DNA of 64,000 nucleotides, from NCBI GenBank assembly GCA_964626565.1, contig CAZVFX010000002.1, positions 4,822-68,821 of the forward strand, given 5' to 3'. Position 1 is the first letter of the stretch. The number at the start of each line of letters is the position of its first letter. The DNA comes from an uncultured Myxococcales bacterium. GTDB taxonomy: Bacteria; Myxococcota_A; UBA9042; CAIXZC01. Both the position numbers and the translations under genes were made by a program. The notes below the pieces were generated by a model that worked only from the letters and a program-made list of their open reading frames with translations, did not search any database and had not been told where the DNA came from. Positions 1-9,271 of this stretch are shown piece after piece.

Positions 1-3000
1 CGGATCTTGATGCCTTTGCCGCGGGCCTGCCGGACCAGGTGGACATGGTGGTTACTCACCCGGGTACGGGCTCTGGTGAACCCAGCTATTACGATGTCGT
101 AATCTTGGGGTCTTCGGTGCTCGCTGGCACCTACGATAATTACTGCGTGGACACCGACAACGTGATCCAGCCCGGGGCAACCTACACTGCCAACGTCTAT
201 TCCAGCTATGAGTTGATTCCCGACGGCATCGTGGAATTCCCTGAGAACTTCGACCTGGTCAACTACATTTTGAACCAGGGTTATGTCGGTACCCAGTCCC
301 AGGACGGCAGCCTGTTCACCTACGGCGATGTGCAGATGGCCATCTGGACGGTCATCGACGATGGGCTGGTTACCGTGGGCCTGGGCTCGTGGAGCCAGGA
401 GCGAGTCGACCAGATTCTTGATGATGCTCTGGCTGAAGGTGACGGATTTGAGCCTGGTTGTGACCACTACATCGGCGTGTTGCTGCAGCCGACCAACGGC
501 GGGCAGCTTACTCTGGCGCAGGTTACCCTGGCCCTGGTGCCGGGCGTCTGCGACCCGATCCAGGAGTGCGTACCGGGGACACCGTCGGATGAGATTTGCG
601 ACGGCCTGGACAATGATTGCGACGGTTCGGTGGACGAGGACCTCGGGACCACCACTTGCGGTGAGGGTGTTTGCACCCACACCGTGGAGAACTGCATCGA
701 CGGCGAAACCCAGACGTGTGACCCCGACGAAGGCTCGGGCGCCGAGATTTGCGACGGCCTGGACAACGACTGTGACGGCGACGTGGATGAGACCTGCAGT
801 TGCATCGGCGACCTGGTGTTCTGGGACGTCGATGGTAACGGTGTCTTCGACGGCGCGGACGCGGGGCTGGAAGGCGTAACCGTTCAGCTTATCCAGAACG
901 GCGTGGTCATCGATTCGACCACCACTGCAGCGGATGGCTCCTACCTGTTCGATACCCTGCTGGAAGGCAGCTATCAGGTGAAGGTGCTGACCGCCACCTT
1001 GCCCGCACCGGGCGCCGGTAACGGTTGGGTAAAAACCTTCGGGTCCAACCCCCATTCGGTGAACCTCGTGGGCGGGCCCTGCTACGTAGCGGCCGACTTC
1101 GGCTTCTTCAAAGCTATGCCTTGCGCCGACGTAACCAAAACCGGGCCGGCCATTGCCTCCCCGGGCACTACGGTTACCTACCACTTCAAGATCTGCAACT
1201 GCGGTAACACGGTGCTTAGCGGCGGATTGGCCGTAAACGATCCTATGCTGGGCGGCAAGATCTGGCACAAGACCACCCAGCCGGGTGAGTGTAACGAGTT
1301 TGACAAGACCTACACCATTCCGCTGGATGCGGATATGCCGCTGTGCAACACGGCCACGGCTGTGGGCTGTGCGCCCTACGGCCTGCCCAACACTACCGAC
1401 CAGGACACCTGGTGCATCGAATGTCTGGCGACCGACGAGATTTGCGACGGGCAGGATAACGACTGCGACGGCCTGGTTGATGAAGAACAGGGCACCACTA
1501 CCTGTGGTGTGGGCGCGTGCGAAAACACGGTTGACAACTGCGTCAACGGCGTGCCGCAGGATTGTACGCCGCTGCCCGCCAGTGCGGAGGTCTGCGACCT
1601 GGTGGACAACGACTGCGACGGCTCGGTGGATGAAGACTTGGGCTCCACCACCTGCGGCGTCGGGGCTTGCACACAGACCGCCCAGAACTGCGTGGGTGGA
1701 CAAGAGCAGCAGTGCGTGCCCGGGGCAGGTTCCGAGGAAGTGTGCGACCTGGTGGACAACGACTGTGACGGCGAGACCGACGAGGACCTGGGCTCCACCA
1801 CGTGTGGCGTGGGCGAGTGCGAGGTTACCGTCGAAAACTGTATACCTCTCGATTTTGACCTTGACGCGTTCGCCGACTCGCTGCCGGAGCAGGTGGAGAT
1901 GTCAGTTACCCATCCGGGCCTGGGCTTTGGCGAGCCCAGCTACTACGACGATACCATCCTGGGGTCGTCGTTGCTGGCCGGCGTCCACGACAACTATTGC
2001 GTGGACACCGACAACTTCATCCAGGCGGGTATGACGTACGTCGTAAACGTCTACTCCAGCTATGAGTTGATTCCCGACGGCATCGTGGAATTCCCGGAAA
2101 ACCTCGACCTGGTCAACTACATTTTGAACCAGGGTTACGTGGGTACGCCGTCCGAGGACGGCAGCCTGTTCACCTACGGCGATGTGCAGCGAGCCATCTG
2201 GATACTGGTCGATGACGGCCTGCTCACCAACGGTCTCGGAGCCTGGAGCCAGGCCCGCGTCGATCAGATTCTGGATGATGCGCTGGCTGATGGCGAAGGG
2301 TTTGAGCCCGACTGCGACGACTTCATCGGCGTGGTGCTGCAGCCGGTAACCGGCGCACAGGTCACCATGGCGCAGGTCAACCTGGCGTTGCTGGAAGGGT
2401 TCTGCGACCCGGTTCAGGAGTGCGTACCCGGGACGCCGTCCGACGAAATCTGCGACGGTCTGGACAACGACTGCGACGGTGAGACCGATGAGGACCTCGG
2501 CACCACCACTTGCGGTGTCGGTGAGTGCGAAGTCACCGTTGACAACTGTATTCCTCTCAATTCCGACCTTGACGCGTTCGCCGATTCGTTGCCGGAGCAG
2601 GTGGAGATGTCCGTCACCCACCCGGGCTTGGGCTTTGGCGAGCCCAGCTACTACGACGACACCATCCTGGGGTCGTCGTTGCTGGCCGGCGTCCACGACA
2701 ACTACTGCGTGGACACCGACAACTTCATCCAGCCGGGTATGACGTACGTCGTAAACGTCTACTCCAGCTACGAACCGATTCCCGACGGCATCGTGGAATT
2801 CCCGGAAAACCTCGACCTGGTCAACTACATTTTGAACCAGGGTTACGTGGGTACTGCGTCCGAGGACGGCACCCTGTTCACCTATGGCGATGTGCAGCGG
2901 GCCATCTGGATGCTCGTCGATGACGGCCTGCTCAACAACGGCCTCGGGGCGTGGAGCCAGGCGCGGGTCGACCAGATTCTGGATGATGCGCTGGCTAATG

Positions 3001-6000
3001 GCGAAGGATTCGAGCCTGACTGCGACGACTTCATCGGCGTGGTGCTGCAGCCGGTGACCGGCGCACAGATCACCATGGCGCAGGTCAACCTGGCGTTGCT
3101 GGAAGGGATTTGCGACCCGGTTCAGGAGTGCGTACCCGGGACGCCGTCCGACGAAATCTGCGACGGTCTGGACAACGACTGCGACGGCGAGACCGACGAG
3201 GACCTGGGCACCACCACCTGCGGTGTCGGCGAGTGCGAGGCCACGGTTGACAACTGTGTCAACGGTGAAGATCAGGCCTGCGTGCCGGGCGACCCGGCGG
3301 CCGAAGTATGCGACCTGGCAGACAACGACTGCGACGGCGACGTCGACGAAGACCTCGGGACCACTACCTGCGGTGAGGGCGTTTGCACCCACACCGTTGA
3401 AAACTGCGTCGATGGTGAAACGCAGACCTGTGACCCCGACGAAGGCTCGGGCGCTGAAATCTGCGACGGCCTGGACAACGACTGTGACGGCGACGTGGAC
3501 GAGACCTGTAGCTGCATCGGCGACCTGGTGTTCTGGGACGTCGATGGCAACGGCGTCTTCGACGGTGCGGATGCGGGGCTGGAAGGGGTAACCGTTCAGC
3601 TTATTCAGAACGGCGTGGTCATCGATTCGACCACCACTGCAGCGGATGGCTCCTACCTGTTCGATACCCTGCTGGCAGGCAGCTACCAGGTGAAAGTCCT
3701 GACCGCCACCTTGCCCGCACCGGGCGCCGGTAATGGGTGGGTAAAGACCTTCGGGTCCAACCCCCATTCGGTGAACCTGGTTGGCGGGCCCTGCTACTTG
3801 TCGGCCGACTTCGGCTTCTTCAAGGCTATGCCTTGCGCTGACGTGACCAAGACCGGTCCCTCGGTGGCGACGCCGGGTGAGACAATTACCTATCACTTCA
3901 AGATCTGCAACTGCGGCAATACCGTCCTTAGTGGTGGCCTGCAGGTTCAGGATCCCATGTTGGGTGGAAAGATCTGGCACAAGACCACCCAGCCGGGTGA
4001 GTGCAACGAGTTCGACAAAACCTACACTATTCCGCTCAATGCGGATATGCCGCTGTGCAACACGGCCAAGGCCATCGGCTGTGCGCCGTACGGCCTGCCC
4101 AACGTCACGGACACCGACACCTGGTGCGTTGAGTGCCTGGTGAAGACGGAAGTTTGCGACGGCAAGGACAACGACTGCGACGGCCTGATTGACGAAGGCC
4201 AGGGCACCAGCACCTGCGGTGTCGGTGAGTGCGAAGCGACGGTTGACAACTGCGTCAACGGTGTTCCTCAGGATTGTGTACCGGGTGACCCGGTAGCGGA
4301 AATCTGTGACGGCCTGGACAACGACTGCGACGGTGCGGTCGATGAGGGCCTCGGGACCAGCACTTGCGGCCTCGGTGAATGTGAAGCTACCGTCGACAAT
4401 TGTGTTGACGGGGCGCCTCAGGCTTGCGTGCCCGGCGACCCGCAGTCGGAACTCTGTGACGGTCTCGACAACGACTGTGACGGCGACATCGACGAAGACT
4501 TCGACGTCGGCGGTGAGTGCTCCATCGGCGCCTGTGGCGCTGAAGGAATCGAGACCTGGGCGGTGAGCGACGACGACGACCCGCTGGTCATTGCTACCGA
4601 CGATGCGGTGCTGTTCGGCACTGCGCTGTCCTGCAACTTCGAGCACAACTACGACGGCGTCGATGAGTTCGAGCTGTTCTTCATCGACAGCGTGACGGCC
4701 ATCAACGGCCAATTCGCCCCCACCATGCTGTATGCGTGGGGCGCCTACGACGGCGGTGACTTCAACGCCATGGACGACACTCTGGAAGGGATGGTGGCCG
4801 ACGGCGACCTCGGCGGGTACGACCTGTGGGATGTCTCCGAAGGGAACCCCCTCGACTTGCAGCCGGGTGACCTGGACGGCATCGAAGTTGTCGTCCTGGA
4901 CGCGGCGCCGGATACTTCGGCCAGCCACTTCGCCCTCACCGAGTCCGCCAAGGAGGTCTTGCGTGACTTCCAGGACGGCGGCGGCAAGATCGTCGGCTCC
5001 GCCTACATTTTCGTGCACTGGACCGACTATGTGAACTCGGTGTACCAGTTGATCAACACCGACATCGCCGACCTGTTCGACGGCGTGTTGCCCAATATCG
5101 AGGTAGATTTCTGGGCCACCGCCACCACCCTGGAGGCTTCTCCCCATGGTGCAGGCGAAACGTTGATCACGCTTATCGGCGCCGAACCGTGGCACAAGAA
5201 GGCCAGCGATCCCTTCTTCCACGAGTTCTGGGTACTCACCATCCCGGGCGTTGTTTCAGCGTGCTACTCCGAGGGCGAGTACGAGTGTTCACCGGACGGC
5301 TCCGGCGTGGAGTGCAACGCCGAAGTGATTCAGCCCGGTGACGAGTTGTGCGGCAACGACCTCGACGACGACTGCGACTGCCTGGTGGATGAAGGCTACG
5401 ACGATGTGGGCGACGCCTGCAGCGCCGGCGTGGGCGAGTGTTACGCCGAAGGCGAAATGATTTGCTCCGCCGACCTTCTCAGCACCGTCTGCGACGCGGT
5501 GGAAGGCGACCCGGTCGATGAAGTTTGCGACGACGACCTGGACAACGACTGCGACGGCCTGACCGACGAGGAGTGCGAATGCCGCCACACCATCGGGTAC
5601 TGGAAGAACCACCCTGAAGCGTGGCCGGTGGACTCAATCACCGTTGGCGGGGTCACCTACTCCAAGGCGGTAGCCATTGCGGACATTCTCAAGAAGGCCA
5701 ACTCCATGGACGCCACGAAGATGCTGGCGGCCCAGTTGATAGCGGCCAAACTCAATCTGTTGAGCGACGGCCCCACCGACATCCAGGGTATCGTTGATGA
5801 TGCCGATGCCTTCCTCGTGACCCATCCCCTCGGCAGCAATCCGCAAGGGGCGGCCCGGGATGAGGCGCTGGCCCTCAAGGACCAGTTGGATTCCTACAAC
5901 AACAGTTCGGCCTACGATTGGTGTGAGTGCGAGGCTGAATGCGACGATGCCGAGTGTGGAACCGATGGCTGCGGAGGTTCTTGCGGCCTGTGTGAGGACG

Positions 6001-9000
6001 GCTTCCTCTGCAACGAAGAGCAGCTTTGCGAATGTGACCCGGTGGACGAAGTGTGCGGCGACAACGTGGACAACGATTGCGACGGAGATGTCGATGAGAG
6101 CTGCGCTTCCATTGGCGACCTGGTCTTCTGGGACAAGGACGGCAACGGCGCCTTCGACGGCGACGACGAAGGTATCGCCGGTGTGACTGTAAAACTGAAG
6201 AAGGACGGCGTCTGGATAGCCACCACGGTCACCGACGCCAACGGCCTGTACCTGTTCGACGAACTGAACGCGGGCTCTTACAAGGTGAAGATGTTGAAGG
6301 CCACCCTGCCGGCAGCCGGTGCGGGCAACAAGTGGGTGAAGACCTTTGGCACCAATCCCCACCTGGTAACTTTGATCTCGGGTCAGAACTATCTGGCTGC
6401 AGACTTCGGCTGGTTCAAGGCTATGCCTTGCGCCGACGTGACCAAGACCGGTCCCGCGGTGGCATCACCGGGTGAGACCATCACCTACCACTTCAAGATC
6501 TGCAACTGCGGCAACACTGTACTCAGCGGCGGCTTGAGAGTGGAAGACCCCATGTTGGGCGGGAAAATCTGGCATAAGACCACCCAGCCGGGTGAGTGCA
6601 ACGAGTTCGACAAAACCTATACCATCCCGCTCAACGCCTCGGCGCCGTTCTGCAATACGGCCAAGGCCATCGGTTGTGCGCCCTACGGACTGCCCAACGT
6701 CACGGACCAGGACACCTGGTGCATCGACTGCCTGGCAGGCACGGAAGTGTGCGACGGAGCGGACAACGATTGTGACGGTCAGGTGGACGAAGGCATGGGC
6801 ATCAGCACCTGCGGTGTCGGCACCTGCCAGGTAACCGTCGAAGATTGCGTCGACGGTGTGCCTCAGGCTTGCGTGCCGGGCACGGCGCAGCCGGAAATCT
6901 GCGACCTGCTGGACAACGATTGTGACGGCAAGGTCGATGAGGACATGGGAACTTCCACCTGCGGTGCCGGCGAGTGCAAGGCGACCGTTCAGAACTGCGT
7001 GAACGGTGCGTTGCAGCAGTGCGTGCCGGGGACTCCTTCCGCGGAAGTCTGCGACGGCCTTGACAACGATTGCGACGGCGTCGAAGACGATGGCCTGGGC
7101 AACACCACTTGCGGTCAGGGAGCCTGCGAAGAAACCGTGCAGGCCTGTGAGAACGGCCAGTCGCAGCAGTGTGTGCCGGGTACACCGATTCCCGAGCTTT
7201 GCGACGACATGATCGACAACGACTGTGACGGTGAAATCGATGAGGGGTGCGAGAGCAACGACGACTGCGAGCTCCCCGACGATTGCGTCGGCCTTTCCGA
7301 GGCCTTTGCCAGGGACTGGATCGTTATCGACACACCCTCCGTCAACTCCACTACCATCAGCGTCCATAATCTGGGGACGGCCGAAGTGTGCTTCGACGAG
7401 CACCTCGTATGGCTGTCAGACCCGACCCAGAGTGTGGTGACTCCCATCAAAACCGCGACGGAGGCCAAGGTCAAGATTGCGGCCGGCGGCAAGGTGGATC
7501 TGCGGTACGCACCTTGGACGTTCCCCAATGGCGTGTATCAGCCTTACCTCTACCAGCCGCCCTGGTGGTGCATTGAGGAAGGTCAGCTCGCGACGAGCAA
7601 TACCTTCTTCGGCTACTACGGTGAGCAGGCGCCGCCCATGATCGCCTATTATATCGACGAGAAGACCAACGTCGATGGCGACTGGAAGGAGGACCACGTC
7701 GATTGGGCGGGTCCGTACGGCACCCAGTCTTTCTACAACATCTGGGCTTACCAGAAGTCTCACTCTGTGCTCACTGCCGGCAAGATCGCCGGTGCTGCTG
7801 GGCCGGGGACGGTGGCCGTGGCGCTCATCAGCCACAACATTGGCGCCCTTCCGGGCAACGGCGTGCTGGCCGACACCATTCCGGCAGGCTACTGGGTGGA
7901 CAACTTCACTGTCGAGCCCGACATCTGGATCGAGGAGCCGGACGGCTCCGTCACCATGGGCTGGAACGTCTCGTTGCAGGGTTCCGAGGACATGGGCGGG
8001 ATGGTGGGCACCACTATCTTCGACTTCATGGAAGTCAGCTATGACCTGCATCCGGCGTGGTCGGCCAACGGCAAGCGCATAGTGTTGCCGAGGGCTAAGA
8101 CTGCATGGCACGATGGGACCAGCAACCAGGTGTCCAAGTCCGCATTCGTGGTTGCCATAAATGTCGATGTTGACGGCGACGGCTTCCCCGCCTGCGAAGA
8201 CTGCGACGACGGTGACCAGGACGTCTATCCCGGCGCGGATGAGCTGTGCGACAGTGTGGACAACGACTGCGACGGCGAAATCGACGAAGGTTGCCCGGTT
8301 TGCGGTAACGGCATCATCGAGGGGTGCGAAGCATGTGACGATGGCGAGAACAACGCCAACGACATGAACATGTGCCAGGAGGACTGCACCCTGAGCGTCA
8401 TGTGGCCTTCTTCCGGACAGACCACCGTAGCCTTCGAGGACCTGCCCGCGCAGGGCGGCAACGATTGGGACTACAACGACTGGATCATGGAAGTCGAGGT
8501 GGAATACATCTTCAACTGCAACGGCGCTACTGAGATGCGTATGTACACAGACCCGTGGGCCCGGGGCGCGGCTTATCACCACTCTACCGGCATGGCCATC
8601 GGCATGGGCACCTACACCTCAACCGGACACTACACGGTCCTTCACTACGACACCCAGTGGGTGCTCGAGTCTGTTGAACCGCCGGTTGAGTTCAATCCCA
8701 ATGTGGACCTCGCTATCACCATGTTCTCCGATACGTGGGTTACCTTGCCGCCGAACCAGGTCAACGGCGACTTCGGGCAGTACAAGTTCGACGCCAATAC
8801 CGAGCCCGAATACGGCATCGTGCTCGGGCCAAAGGTGGGCATTGAGTTCACCTTCGATATTCCGCTCGACATTACCCCCGAGGCGTTGCTCAACGTCGAA
8901 CCGGGTACCCACGGCGAGAATATGCCCTTCGACATGTACCTGATGGTGAACAACACCGGTGAATACATTGCCAACGGTGATGTGCGCATGCTGTCGGTGC

Positions 9001-9137
9001 CCGACTACTGGGACTGGCCGGCAGAGAAGTATCCCATCTGGACCGTCTATCCCGGCGTCGCGCCCGGCCCCGTCGGCCCGGTCTTCGACCTGGGCTGGTT
9101 CCTCGATCCGCCTATCGGCGAAACCTGGTATCCGTAG
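1..9137 (+). CDS. Giant (>3032 aa, 5'-partial) secreted repeat protein, adhesin-like. It contains more than 18 MopE-type CxxxDxDCDG metal-binding motifs, three SdrD-B(Cna-B)+DUF11 module pairs, three copies of a ~190-aa unit, Myxococcus-type Cys repeats, and a C-terminal DUF4114-like (DWDYNDW) region.
   Basis: The ORF frame continues to nt 1 (DLDAFAAGLPDQVDMV matches the internal repeat DLDAFADSLPEQVEMSV), so the 5' end lies outside the window. Repeated motifs include EICDGLDNDCDGxVDEDLGTTTCGxGxC, DVDGNGVFDG...GSYQVKV (SdrD B-like) and VTKTGP...TYHFKICNCGNTVLSGG (DUF11-like). The C-terminal region carries CGNGIIEGCEACDDGENN and NDWDYNDW. The family assignment rests on motif recognition. Confidence 0.8.
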   Translation, partial: DLDAFAAGLPDQVDMVVTHPGTGSGEPSYYDVVILGSSVLAGTYDNYCVDTDNVIQPGATYTANVYSSYELIPDGIVEFPENFDLVNYILNQGYVGTQSQDGSLFTYGDVQMAIWTVIDDGLVTVGLGSWSQERVDQILDDALAEGDGFEPGCDHYIGVLLQPTNGGQLTLAQVTLALVPGVCDPIQECVPGTPSDEICDGLDNDCDGSVDEDLGTTTCGEGVCTHTVENCIDGETQTCDPDEGSGAEICDGLDNDCDGDVDETCSCIGDLVFWDVDGNGVFDGADAGLEGVTVQLIQNGVVIDSTTTAADGSYLFDTLLEGSYQVKVLTATLPAPGAGNGWVKTFGSNPHSVNLVGGPCYVAADFGFFKAMPCADVTKTGPAIASPGTTVTYHFKICNCGNTVLSGGLAVNDPMLGGKIWHKTTQPGECNEFDKTYTIPLDADMPLCNTATAVGCAPYGLPNTTDQDTWCIECLATDEICDGQDNDCDGLVDEEQGTTTCGVGACENTVDNCVNGVPQDCTPLPASAEVCDLVDNDCDGSVDEDLGSTTCGVGACTQTAQNCVGGQEQQCVPGAGSEEVCDLVDNDCDGETDEDLGSTTCGVGECEVTVENCIPLDFDLDAFADSLPEQVEMSVTHPGLGFGEPSYYDDTILGSSLLAGVHDNYCVDTDNFIQAGMTYVVNVYSSYELIPDGIVEFPENLDLVNYILNQGYVGTPSEDGSLFTYGDVQRAIWILVDDGLLTNGLGAWSQARVDQILDDALADGEGFEPDCDDFIGVVLQPVTGAQVTMAQVNLALLEGFCDPVQECVPGTPSDEICDGLDNDCDGETDEDLGTTTCGVGECEVTVDNCIPLNSDLDAFADSLPEQVEMSVTHPGLGFGEPSYYDDTILGSSLLAGVHDNYCVDTDNFIQPGMTYVVNVYSSYEPIPDGIVEFPENLDLVNYILNQGYVGTASEDGTLFTYGDVQRAIWMLVDDGLLNNGLGAWSQARVDQILDDALANGEGFEPDCDDFIGVVLQPVTGAQITMAQVNLALLEGICDPVQECVPGTPSDEICDGLDNDCDGETDEDLGTTTCGVGECEATVDNCVNGEDQACVPGDPAAEVCDLADNDCDGDVDEDLGTTTCGEGVCTHTVENCVDGETQTCDPDEGSGAEICDGLDNDCDGDVDETCSCIGDLVFWDVDGNGVFDGADAGLEGVTVQLIQNGVVIDSTTTAADGSYLFDTLLAGSYQVKVLTATLPAPGAGNGWVKTFGSNPHSVNLVGGPCYLSADFGFFKAMPCADVTKTGPSVATPGETITYHFKICNCGNTVLSGGLQVQDPMLGGKIWHKTTQPGECNEFDKTYTIPLNADMPLCNTAKAIGCAPYGLPNVTDTDTWCVECLVKTEVCDGKDNDCDGLIDEGQGTSTCGVGECEATVDNCVNGVPQDCVPGDPVAEICDGLDNDCDGAVDEGLGTSTCGLGECEATVDNCVDGAPQACVPGDPQSELCDGLDNDCDGDIDEDFDVGGECSIGACGAEGIETWAVSDDDDPLVIATDDAVLFGTALSCNFEHNYDGVDEFELFFIDSVTAINGQFAPTMLYAWGAYDGGDFNAMDDTLEGMVADGDLGGYDLWDVSEGNPLDLQPGDLDGIEVVVLDAAPDTSASHFALTESAKEVLRDFQDGGGKIVGSAYIFVHWTDYVNSVYQLINTDIADLFDGVLPNIEVDFWATATTLEASPHGAGETLITLIGAEPWHKKASDPFFHEFWVLTIPGVVSACYSEGEYECSPDGSGVECNAEVIQPGDELCGNDLDDDCDCLVDEGYDDVGDACSAGVGECYAEGEMICSADLLSTVCDAVEGDPVDEVCDDDLDNDCDGLTDEECECRHTIGYWKNHPEAWPVDSITVGGVTYSKAVAIADILKKANSMDATKMLAAQLIAAKLNLLSDGPTDIQGIVDDADAFLVTHPLGSNPQGAARDEALALKDQLDSYNNSSAYDWCECEAECDDAECGTDGCGGSCGLCEDGFLCNEEQLCECDPVDEVCGDNVDNDCDGDVDESCASIGDLVFWDKDGNGAFDGDDEGIAGVTVKLKKDGVWIATTVTDANGLYLFDELNAGSYKVKMLKATLPAAGAGNKWVKTFGTNPHLVTLISGQNYLAADFGWFKAMPCADVTKTGPAVASPGETITYHFKICNCGNTVLSGGLRVEDPMLGGKIWHKTTQPGECNEFDKTYTIPLNASAPFCNTAKAIGCAPYGLPNVTDQDTWCIDCLAGTEVCDGADNDCDGQVDEGMGISTCGVGTCQVTVEDCVDGVPQACVPGTAQPEICDLLDNDCDGKVDEDMGTSTCGAGECKATVQNCVNGALQQCVPGTPSAEVCDGLDNDCDGVEDDGLGNTTCGQGACEETVQACENGQSQQCVPGTPIPELCDDMIDNDCDGEIDEGCESNDDCELPDDCVGLSEAFARDWIVIDTPSVNSTTISVHNLGTAEVCFDEHLVWLSDPTQSVVTPIKTATEAKVKIAAGGKVDLRYAPWTFPNGVYQPYLYQPPWWCIEEGQLATSNTFFGYYGEQAPPMIAYYIDEKTNVDGDWKEDHVDWAGPYGTQSFYNIWAYQKSHSVLTAGKIAGAAGPGTVAVALISHNIGALPGNGVLADTIPAGYWVDNFTVEPDIWIEEPDGSVTMGWNVSLQGSEDMGGMVGTTIFDFMEVSYDLHPAWSANGKRIVLPRAKTAWHDGTSNQVSKSAFVVAINVDVDGDGFPACEDCDDGDQDVYPGADELCDSVDNDCDGEIDEGCPVCGNGIIEGCEACDDGENNANDMNMCQEDCTLSVMWPSSGQTTVAFEDLPAQGGNDWDYNDWIMEVEVEYIFNCNGATEMRMYTDPWARGAAYHHSTGMAIGMGTYTSTGHYTVLHYDTQWVLESVEPPVEFNPNVDLAITMFSDTWVTLPPNQVNGDFGQYKFDANTEPEYGIVLGPKVGIEFTFDIPLDITPEALLNVEPGTHGENMPFDMYLMVNNTGEYIANGDVRMLSVPDYWDWPAEKYPIWTVYPGVAPGPVGPVFDLGWFLDPPIGETWYP

Positions 9138-9140
9138 GCT

Positions 9141-9260
9141 GGCTATCAGCTATCAGCTATCAGCGGTCAGCGGTCAGTGAACGGCTAACGGCTAACGGCT
9201 AACGACAAGTCTTAGGATTCAAGCTCACCGCTCACCGCTCACCGCTCACTGCTCATCGCC
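9141..9260. repeat. Heptanucleotide tandem-repeat array between convergent genes: (GCTATCA)3 (GCGGTCA)2 (ACGGCTA)3 ... (CACCGCT)3. The two halves are partly reverse-complementary (AGCGGT/ACCGCT), giving a long imperfect hairpin.
   Basis: Read directly from sequence 9141-9260. It lies between the + gene stop at 9137 and the minus gene stop at 9272. Confidence 0.7.
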
Positions 9261-9271
9261 AATGTTGTTTG

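Noticed and set aside
1902-5222. 1106-aa ORF on the minus strand inside the giant adhesin gene
   Set aside because: It is antisense to a gene with many recognisable domains. Its translation is low-complexity (V/A/G/D-rich) mirror of the repeats, and long antisense ORFs are expected in high-GC repeat DNA.
9141-9260. Possible CRISPR array suggested by tandem repeats
   Set aside because: The period is 7 nt with no unique spacers, no cas genes, and the arrays are only 30-120 bp. They are heptanucleotide microsatellites, not CRISPR.
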